DNA of 63,835 nt, filler included, from Octopus bimaculoides (taxonomy: Eukaryota): assembly GCF_001194135.2 (NCBI RefSeq). It is 7 parts of 7 records of this genome, joined end to end, with 100 filler letters (N's around TTAATTAATTAA, not from the genome) between each part and the next. Parts side by side here need not be neighbours in the genome. Positions count along the whole stretch, not along the records: positions 53,045 to 60,205 come from NC_068983.1; positions 60,306 to 62,710 come from NC_068999.1; positions 62,811 to 63,835 come from NW_026359212.1; 4 more parts are not named here. One strand, given 5' to 3'. Numbering within the stretch: position 1 is the stretch's first letter; each line of letters opens with the position of its first letter. Positions 55,275-63,835 of this stretch are shown here, piece by piece. The translations under genes and the position numbers were made by a program. Below the pieces are notes generated by a model. It saw only the letters and a list, made by a program, of their open reading frames with translations. It had not been told where the DNA came from and ran no database searches.

Positions 55275-55418
55275 CAGGGCAGGCTTTAGGGTTGCTGGCG
55301 CCCCGGACAAGCTGAACGTCGGCGTGTACAAGCTGACGGTCGTGGAAACTTCCTTGTCTTTGTTACGCCCTCCCTGGCGCCCCCTAGGCCGAGTTGTTGG
55401 TACCTTGAGCCGGCACTG
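55275..55418. mobile_element. GC-rich hAT-type MITE
   Basis: Imperfect CAG-starting TIRs and a perfect 8-bp TSD ATAAGTAA. Confidence 0.75.
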
Positions 55419-56028
55419 ATAAGTAAGAAGTTAAAAGTGTGTGAACGATAATGTAGAAAACTCAGAAAAAGTTTATTCGTATTTTTATTATCATTTCTTC
55501 GGATGATATTCCAGCGAAGGACAATCGTTCGAAGATCGTAAATGGAAACTTGGAGTAAGGTTTTGTGAAGTTTCAGACTTCCCCCAAAATATCACACACA
55601 CACACACACACACACACACACNNNNNNNNNNNNNNNNNNNNNNNNNNNNNNNNNNNNNNNNNNNNNNNNNNNNNNNNNNNNNNNNNNNNNNNNNNNNNNN
55701 NNNNNNNNNNNNNNNNNNNNNNNNNNNNNNNNNNNNNNNNNNNNNNNNNNNNNNNNNNNNNNNNNNNNNNNNNNNNNNNNNNNNNNNNNNNNNNNNNNNN
55801 NNNNNNNNNNNNNNNNNNNNNNNNNNNNNNNNNNNNNNNNNNNNNNNNNNNNNNNNNNNNNNNNNNNNNNNNNNNNNNNNNNNNNNNNNNNNNNNNNNNN
55901 NNNNNNNNNNNNNNNNNNNNNNNNNNNNNNNNNNNNNNNNNNNNNNNNNNNNNNNNNNNNNNNNNNNNNNNNNNNNNNNNNNNNNNNNNNNNNNNNNNNN
56001 NNNNNNNNNNNNNNNNNNNNNNNNTTTA

Positions 56029-56090
<62 letters not shown>

Positions 56091-56583
56091 TATGCATTTA
56101 TGTGTAAGTATGACGAAAGCATACTATTTTGTGTTAATGTGACGTAAAATCTTTGAGCAAAGAAAACAAAATATACAATAATTCTCTTTGCAATATGTAT
56201 AAGCTTATTTCTGCATTATCACTAGTGCCGTTTAGGGCAACCCAATCTAATTGGATTTATCATAATTACTGAAGAAAGAAAAATACAAATATTGCTATTC
56301 AAATAACATCATATTTTATTGAGAAATAGACGTGCTACATCGAGTATATGTTATACAAAAAACAACAGCTGAATTAATATACAAAGAGCACAGATCATGT
56401 ATCTTGTGCAAAAGATAATCAGTGCAAATTTAAACCAGTCAGCAATATATAAATTTTTAATATAACGTTTATGAAAAGAAAACTTTATATCTAAGTGTTA
56501 TTACTATTAGGTAATGTTGACTGTGACAAGGTTGAAGTTGGTAATTTCTCTGTGGCATAAATTATAATGAATATACTGTCTAG

Positions 56584-56737
56584 GGGATTGGGCGGATTCG
56601 TTCGGTAAAGCACACGCATTATGGAAGGACAAGTTGAATGGAGAATTCCGTTCAAAGTTGAATCTATATTGTTGGAAAGACGAAGACAGTAAACGAAGTA
56701 TGCGTAACCGCAAAAAGCAGGCACGGCTTATGAAACT
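56584..56737 (+). CDS. Putative internal coding exon, unidentified protein
   Basis: AG|...|GTGAGT bounds an open frame, with stops just outside each splice site. Reads (G)DWADSFGKAHALWKDKLNGEFRSKLNLYCWKDEDSKRSMRNRKKQARLMK(L). The acceptor pyrimidine tract is weak. Confidence 0.4.
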
Positions 56738-56794
56738 GTGAGTTACAATGGCCTTTAAAATCAAGCAACAATGGTTTGTGATATTTGTTTAAGT

Positions 56795-57146
56795 CAGTGG
56801 TTCTCAACTAGTGACCATATGACGCCTGCGGGTTCATATAAGATTTTTAGGGGTCCATGCAACAAAATAGTAAATTGGAGATCCACAATAGTATTTTAGG
56901 GGCTCTGAATAAATTTTGTGTTACATTTATATTGGTATGTATAGCAAGAAACAGTTAAGCTAGGTTTCTTTCGCTAACATTTTACATAGTTCAACCTACA
57001 CAAGATAATGCGTGAAAAACAAAATAGGAATTTTGAAAGAAGTTTCTATAAAACTAGTTTTTAAACATCGAATGGCTATGGGGTTCCACCAGAATAAAAT
57101 AGTAACCAAAAGGGTCAATAGATAAAAAATGGGTTCAGAATCTCTG
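56795..57146. mobile_element. hAT (Charlie-like) MITE
   Basis: TIRs CAGTGGTTCTCAAC / GTTCAGAATCTCTG; TSD GTTTAAG(T/C). Confidence 0.8.
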
Positions 57147-57786
57147 GTTTAAGCCGTGATGATTCGTAATAATCAATTGTGCATCCGTATATATCTTAAA
57201 TGTTCATAAGACATATCGAAGTTGGATTAGTGTTCGAAAACTGTGTGATGAGAACCAAAATGCTATAGGCATAAGGCCTGAAATTTTGGGGTAGGGGCTA
57301 GTCGATTACATCAACCCCAGTGTGCAATTAGTACTTATTTCAGCGACCTCGAAAAGATGAACTCAGAACATAATGACGGACGAAATGATGCTAAGTATTT
57401 TTCTCGGCGTGCTAACGATTCTACCAGCTCGCCGCCCTCGAACCAAAAGGTAATATCAATATCCATAATTAAGCTGTATAGCAGTAATTATTGCTGTAAT
57501 GTTAATTAGTCTGTATGATCGTTCCTTATAACTGTTAACAAAAGAGGCTTACTCTACAGGTCACGTGACTGTTTGCAGGTTAGTCTGTGGAAATGGCGTA
57601 TGAAAAAGACAGAGAAAAGTCGCAGAAAAAAGGAGAGAAAATACTTCAACTCGTTCTGCTTTGTTTTACATTACCCCTCCCCACCAAAAGGAGATGTCAG
57701 TAGAAAGACCCCCATTACCTTCACTCGGACCTGAGACAAAGTTCCAAGAAATACTAGACAATCGTTCAACCCCTGTTACATTTCAG

Positions 57787-57808
57787 CAAGCAACAACTCT
57801 CTATTCGG
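57787..57808 (+). CDS. Putative 22-nt microexon
   Basis: ccctgttacatttcag|...|gtgagc. Phase-compatible with the 56584-56737 exon, giving ...RLMK-L-KQQLSIR. Confidence 0.2.
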
Positions 57809-58649
57809 GTGAGCTGTGATGTCCCAAAACATAGCTTAGAAACGACTGTAGGTGTTGCATTTAGGTTAGACACAGCTTGTGCCGAAAAGTTATGTATGTA
57901 TATGAATAAATATATATGTATATATCCGCATATATGCCATACACATACATACATACATTTCACACACAAATATGCCAGTGTCCCACACAAAGACACTCGT
58001 GTAATCTGTAAAATCGACATACACGCACACACACGCGCACTCACACACATACCACATACATGCTCACACACACACATATATATAAACACGTAGATCATAC
58101 TGCTCCCCACACATTCATAAATAAGCTGAAAAAAATATGACACGTTCCCACCAAAACAAAACAAAAACCATCTCACACATACACACACAAACACAAAGAA
58201 AAAAATATATTGAATTCACCGTCTACGAAAGCTTCGCTTCTTTCTCTCGATTTAGTAATAGAAAAAAAACCCAACAACATAAATGAATAAATAAATACAT
58301 AAATAAATAAAATCGTAGAAAGCTCCTTCCTTGTTCAACCGGTTGCTTCGTGTTTATAATGAATTGTAGGAAAGAAAAGAACCTCTACATTTTGCAGCTT
58401 TTAATATGTCTCCTGCATTTATGTAAGTGTAGACCAACTGAAGTGTACTGTTGTAAAAGAAAGCATCGACCAGAAGCCCGCCTTTTTTATTTGCTTGTTT
58501 AGTGGCAGTATATGATATTTTTGTGTGATTTCGATCTTACAGTATAGTACCTTGCGCATGTGCATTATACTCCGAATTTGGTTCAGCTAATATCTCGTGA
58601 GTGAAATAATTTTGGCCTCATGTTCATAATGTATTTTATTCATTATAGT

Positions 58650-58702
58650 AGAATAATCAACTAGTTTCGTCATAGCAGAGCTCATCAGGATTCATTTACT
58701 CT
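58650..58702 (-). ncRNA. Minimal type I hammerhead ribozyme motif (Penelope-type)
   Basis: Minus strand AGAGT-AAATG-AATC-CTGATGA-GCTCTGCTATGAC-GAAA-CTAG-TT-GATT-ATTCT. Both catalytic boxes are intact, stem III is the palindrome ACTAGT, stem I is bulged and stem II is imperfect. Repeated at 59241-59290 across a gap. Confidence 0.6.
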
Positions 58703-59303
58703 TGTCACGGTAACANNNNNNNNNNNNNNNNNNNNNNNNNNNNNNNNNNNNNNNNNNNNNNNNNNNNNNNNNNNNNNNNNNNNNNNNNNNNNNNNNNNNN
58801 NNNNNNNNNNNNNNNNNNNNNNNNNNNNNNNNNNNNNNNNNNNNNNNNNNNNNNNNNNNNNNNNNNNNNNNNNNNNNNNNNNNNNNNNNNNNNNNNNNNN
58901 NNNNNNNNNNNNNNNNNNNNNNNNNNNNNNNNNNNNNNNNNNNNNNNNNNNNNNNNNNNNNNNNNNNNNNNNNNNNNNNNNNNNNNNNNNNNNNNNNNNN
59001 NNNNNNNNNNNNNNNNNNNNNNNNNNNNNNNNNNNNNNNNNNNNNNNNNNNNNNNNNNNNNNNNNNNNNNNNNNNNNNNNNNNNNNNNNNNNNNNNNNNN
59101 NNNNNNNNNNNNNNNNNNNNNNNNNNNNNNNNNNNNNNNNNNNNNNNNNNNNNNNNNNNNNNNNNNNNNNNNNNNNNNNNNNNNNNNNNNNNNNNNNNNN
59201 NNNNNNNNNNNNNNNNNNNNNNNNNNNNNNNNNNNNNNNNATAATCAACTAGTTTCGTCATAGCAGAGCTCATCAGGATTCATTTACTCTTGTCACGGTA
59301 ACA

Positions 59304-59680
59304 TTTTCATCCATCTATTTTCCTCGTGCACTAATCCTGGGAGGATCGTGGAGGTAGAGTCCTCAGACCACATCTATAGGGTCCTATCAGAAGCAACCGT
59401 CGTTTCGACTTTTCTGCTGGATGTCCAAGAACGACCAATTGAGACCAACGATATCATTCAACTATTTCGCTTTTACTTTACCCCTAAGTCTCTTGTCCGT
59501 TGCCTCAGTTTGACGAATCCGTCTTGCAGGTCAATTCCTTCGACATTCTAATCACATGTTCATAGTACTAGAGCTGAGACTTCTCAATATAGAGAAGTAG
59601 CGGCTCAAATTGAAGCGACTCCATAATCTCCGAGCTGTGCACCCTGTCGAGTAACGTTACTTCAGAGATTCTTTTCGAAG
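59304..59680 (-). mobile_element. RTE (Rex3/Expander-like) LINE 3' end
   Basis: RISEVTLLDRVHSSEIMESLQFEPLLLYIEKSQL*YYEHVIRM, followed by a tail ending gaggaaaatagatggatg. Confidence 0.75.
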
Positions 59681-60030
59681 AAAACATTTCGGCCACATGT
59701 ATTCAAGGATAAACAATAGCAAACCCGAGCCAAGGCAGACATTGTTTGCACGTAAGTTAGTTATAAGGAACTTAATTAATTTAATTACAAGCTCAATTTT
59801 TCTAGTGTTGACGAATAATTAAAGTTGATTTTACGTAGTCGCAGAAACCTGTTAAAAGTAACAACCAAATTTATCTCAAATTACGTACTTGACCGTTTTA
59901 ATACAAGGAAGTAAACGTTAGACAATGTAGTCTTAGAAAATTTTTAAAAAATCGACAGGATGGTCGCGGCCATAGGGAGAGCGATCAGAGTTGACTTTGG
60001 GGTTGAACAATAATAAAAACCCATCCATAT

Positions 60031-60200
60031 AGGCGCAGGAGTGGCTGTGTGGTAAGTAGCTTGCTTACCAGCCACATGGTTCCGGGTTCAGTCCCACTGC
60101 GTGGCACCTTGGGTAAGTGTCCTCGGGCTGACCAAAGCATTGTGAGTGGATTTGGTAGACGGAAACTGAAAGAAGCCCGTCGTATATATGTATATATATA
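60031..60200 (+). mobile_element. SINE family C, 5' half
   Basis: Near-identical to 25657-25810. Confidence 0.85.
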
Positions 60201-60305
60201 TATATNNNNNNNNNNNNNNNNNNNNNNNNNNNNNNNNNNNNNNNNNNNNTTAATTAATTAANNNNNNNNNNNNNNNNNNNNNNNNNNNNNNNNNNNNNNN
60301 NNNNN

Positions 60306-60345
<40 letters not shown>

Positions 60346-60576
60346 TTATATATTCGTTTTGCAAGATTCTTGATGTGAAATCGTGTGTTGAAACAGATAT
60401 TGTTGTATTTGGGGATGGTCATGTTGCCAGTTTAGCCAATAAAAACACACACACTATATATTTGGTGTTAATAATAATGATAGTTATATATGTGTGTGTG
60501 TGTACAAACATGCATGCACACACACACATATATATATACAAATATATAAATGTATGTGTGTGTATGTGTATTCAAT

Positions 60577-60740
60577 AGGCCTTTTCACAGTTTCCATCAA
60601 CTAAATTCACTCACAAGGCATTGTTTGGCTTAGGGCCAAGACACTTGCTCAAGAAGACACTTGCCCAAGGTGGGACTGAACTTGAAGCCATGTGGTTGCA
60701 AAGCAAGCTCCTTAACCATAAAACCATGCCTGTACCTATA
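60577..60740 (-). mobile_element. SINE family C, 5' half (older copy)
   Basis: Reverse-complement match to 60031-60200. Confidence 0.75.
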
Positions 60741-60818
60741 TTCAATGAATTATCCCCATTTAGCTTACATTCTAATAAAAATCTTAAGTATTCAAAAGAA
60801 CTTTAAAAAGATGCTTAC

Positions 60819-61529
60819 TAGTAATTTTTACATGTGTTACTGCATAAGTTTTCTCTCCACTGTTTCTTGTTCCAGTTTCCTTAAAATCAGATTTGATGTT
60901 CATCTTCCTGGTTTCCTTTTGATTGATATCCTTCTCACTGGCATCCTTCTCACTGTCTATCTCACCATTTTTTCCCTTGTAGTTCATAATCTCATTATTG
61001 TCTATCCTGCCACTTTCCTCATCATCTACACTTACACAGTTTTCCTTTACCGGCCCCTTTGTGGAGCTTCCCTCACCACTATACTCATGACCAGTCTGTT
61101 CCTTACAGTTCTCTTCAGTATTTGTTTTTGGAGCCTTACAATTGCTTCGATGCATTGGCCAGTCAATTTTCTGGCACTTTGTTGAGCAGTAGTATACTGA
61201 TTTGCACTTAGTACATCTATGCAGAACAACATTAGTTCTGTAACATGTCCAGCAAAAGCTTTCTGCTTCATCACAGCAGGAACTCTCATTTATATGCTCT
61301 TTGGTTTGTTTATTGAAACCAAAAGAAACATGTTGTGAACCCATCATGGGTTCAGTTTTTGATTTTGATTGGTTTGTGAGGTAGAGCATACTTTTTTATG
61401 TTCTCTTTCATGCATTCTTTCACATTTTTTAGAACAATATGAAACAGCTTTGCACTGAGAACATTGGTAAATAAAAGTTTTTACTTTACCTCAATTTTGA
61501 CTACAATCTTCAGTTAAATCTATATTTAT
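60819..61529 (-). CDS. Exon encoding two tandem MYND-type zinc fingers plus a charged linker; the first finger is disrupted. Possibly the N-terminus of a TDRD1-like protein (unconfirmed).
   Basis: ORF 61389-60784 contains CWTC-x9-CTKC-x4-YC-x3[10 protein letters not shown]3-C (61138-61254). Upstream, in another frame, is CSQN*-x9-CSQC-x4-YC-x3[10 protein letters not shown]3-C (61386-61505). Acceptor ttgcag lies before 61529 and donor GTAAGC after 60819. No downstream exon was found. Confidence 0.75.
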
Positions 61530-61811
61530 CTGCAATATTAAAAAATATATATATATATAAAAGAAATAAATATTATATAACTATTCAATTTTCTGACACT
61601 TCTCTTTTACAATAAAAGAAAGGAAACTCTAGTGTAAGTGTGCAGGGAACTACATTAAAAGGTACAAAACAACCAGTTGTATTTCATTCATTTTAGATCT
61701 GTTTTTCTATGCTAGTATCAGTGAAATGAGTACTTATTTGAAGTAGAATTTTATGGCCAGATACTCCTCCTGTCACCAAATTTTATCTGTCTTATAAGCG
61801 AGGGTTTTTTC

Positions 61812-62199
61812 TGTGATAAGACGTCAGCAACTGGGGAGCTGACCGCTGACCGGAACCTTGAACTGACCGGAAGAGGAAGATGGGCAGGGGGAGCCTCGAT
61901 CAGGATTTCGTGCCTTTTTCGAATGGGGCTATTGTGACGAGAAGACGTGCCAAGCGATCGTCTAGGTGTTGGAAGAAGCAGCTGTTATTTCTAGCGTTCT
62001 TCGGGTCGGGCCAGCTGCGAGGATTGGATACCGCAGGACAGACTCGTACGAGGGAAGGAAAATAAGCTGAGTTGCGGAATACTTGTTAGTGTCCAAAAAC
62101 CTTGGGAAACAGGCAGTTAAAAACAAGTATTTCAAGGTATTTTTTTATAACAGACATTGCTGGATTTCTTTTTTCCCCAGTTGCTGACGTCATACCACA
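61812..62199. mobile_element. Probable solo LTR (or short TIR element)
   Basis: TG...CA ends; 26-bp terminal inverted repeat with a perfect 18-bp core (61820-61837 / 62174-62191); 5-bp TTTTC duplication on both sides; GC-richer than the flanks. Confidence 0.6.
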
Positions 62200-62204
62200 T
62201 TTTC

Positions 62205-62520
62205 ATTCCAATGCTTTGAGAGCTCACAGCTATAACTTAAATAACTTAGATTGGTTTCAGCCATTATCAGCTCAGGGTATGGCTAACTTAATAGCACCAC
62301 CTGGAAAGGTCTTTTAGGACACCATGGACCACTCGAGCCAAGAGTTGTTGTTGGGTGAGATGTATCCAGGTGTTTGTTGGTGGATTGTCTGGTACTTCTT
62401 GGAGAAATTTTTTCAGGCACCATTTGAATGTTGAGGGGTCATTTTCAACTTTAATTTCCTTCAGAATAACACTGAATAAAGCAGGACCATGAGAATGTGA
62501 ACATGACACTATCACATCTT
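62205..62520 (-). mobile_element. CR1/L2-like LINE 3' fragment
   Basis: HGPALFSVILKEIKVENDPSTFKWCLKKFLQEVPDNPP matches the post-RT C-terminus of CR1-type ORF2. Confidence 0.65.
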
Positions 62521-62661
62521 AACTTAGAGGGTTTCGTGCAAAGCATAGAAATGACAAGTCATACACGTGTGCATAAGGACACAGACATAATATGTATATA
62601 TGTGAGTGTGTGCATGTGTAAACATATATGTACAATATATATATGTATCTATGTATATGTG

Positions 62662-62710
<49 letters not shown>

Positions 62711-62944
62711 NNNNNNNNNNNNNNNNNNNNNNNNNNNNNNNNNNNNNNNNNNNNTTAATTAATTAANNNNNNNNNNNNNNNNNNNNNNNNNNNNNNNNNN
62801 NNNNNNNNNNCTTCCTTCGTTATTCATCTATCACCTCTTCCTTTCTCATTCATACGACGCGCTCTCTTTGCCATTTACCTCCTCTACCTTAACCTCTCAC
62901 TCCAGCTCTATTATATATCTAATATATAAAATAGAGATGTCTGT

Positions 62945-63390
62945 GTATTCGCTTTTCACGTGAGATCGACTCCACCAAATGCTTCCATACTTGTGATGCA
63001 TGAATAATTTGACCTCGGATAAATGTTAGGCTCTTCAATTTATTTTTTTTATTAAAAATAAATAATATTGCTTTATATTTATGATTCACTTCTTTAAAAA
63101 GGTTCCTCAATGTCAACTTCCGGTATTGACATAACAACGGCAAAAAGCTTCACTCTCTATTTTGACGTTTTTGTACCAAATGCTTACATACTTGTGATGC
63201 AATGTCAACTTCTGGTGTTGACGTAGCAACGGCAAAAAACTTCACTTTGTATTTTGACGTTTTTGTGTATTCGCTTTTCAAGTGAAATCGACTTCACCAA
63301 ATGCTTCCATACTTGTGATGCATCAATAATTTGACCTCTGATAAATGTTAGGCTCTTCATATTTATGATTCACTTCTTTAAAAAGGTTCG
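62945..63390. repeat. Complex tandem duplication (A-B-a-B-A)
   Basis: Block A at 62945-63107 and 63267-63390; block B at 63108-63174 and 63200-63266; a 26-bp A-internal piece lies between the B copies. Confidence 0.85.
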
Positions 63391-63835
63391 AAATATTTAC
63401 TATGTCCACAAATTTAAACATTCCGTACAAGAGCTTTTATTTATAAGACTTTTTCATTTCATGTTTATTTCATTCATTCTTTGCGATATTCTCTCTCACA
63501 ACACACACACGCGCGCACGCATACAAACGTGTCTTTGTAAATATGTTTGTATACATTTATGTATGTGTGTTTGTAAGAGACAGATTGTGAGTGAGTCAAG
63601 GGGTGTGTTGTCATATGCATCCATCATTTTTGGATGTATGTGTGCGTGTGTATGTAGTATTTAATCTCTCTCATACACACACACACAAAGATGTATGCAT
63701 ATTTATGCATGTACGTATACATGACAACAAACCTCTCTCTCTCTCTGTCACACAAACACGTCCATTTCATCTGATGTGTAATACTCTGTGTGTGTGTGTG
63801 CGTGGGGGGTTCCACAATCGCCATTTATTTCAATT

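Noticed and set aside
1340-59273. Long ORF-track entries made of X, or of YI/CV/TH/ER/SL runs
   Set aside because: They are translations of N-gaps and dinucleotide or tetranucleotide microsatellites.
61880-62065. Plus-strand 61-aa ORF MGRGSLDQ...
   Set aside because: Lies entirely within the LTR-like insert; no motif.

Overview
AT-rich animal genomic DNA full of microsatellites, transposon remnants and N-gaps. The tRNA-derived SINE families look like those of octopus (cephalopod); this is inferred from recall, not a search. Most of the window is intronic or intergenic repeat: four SINE families (my labels A-D), decayed RTE, R4/Dong-like and CR1-like LINE pieces, two Penelope-like GIY-YIG fragments, mariner, Tigger-like and hAT MITEs, a probable solo LTR and a 5S rRNA pseudogene. 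Most ORF-track entries are microsatellite or gap artefacts. The best gene evidence is a minus-strand exon (60819-61529) with two tandem MYND zinc fingers; the first has a TGA exactly at a Cys ligand and is frameshifted from the second. A plus-strand exon (29332-29428) resembles the start of a class B GPCR hormone-binding domain, and there are a few unidentified exon candidates. The most notable non-coding structures are a pri-miRNA-like hairpin (10848-10936) and a near-intact minimal hammerhead ribozyme (58650-58702). No complete gene or prokaryote-type system is visible.
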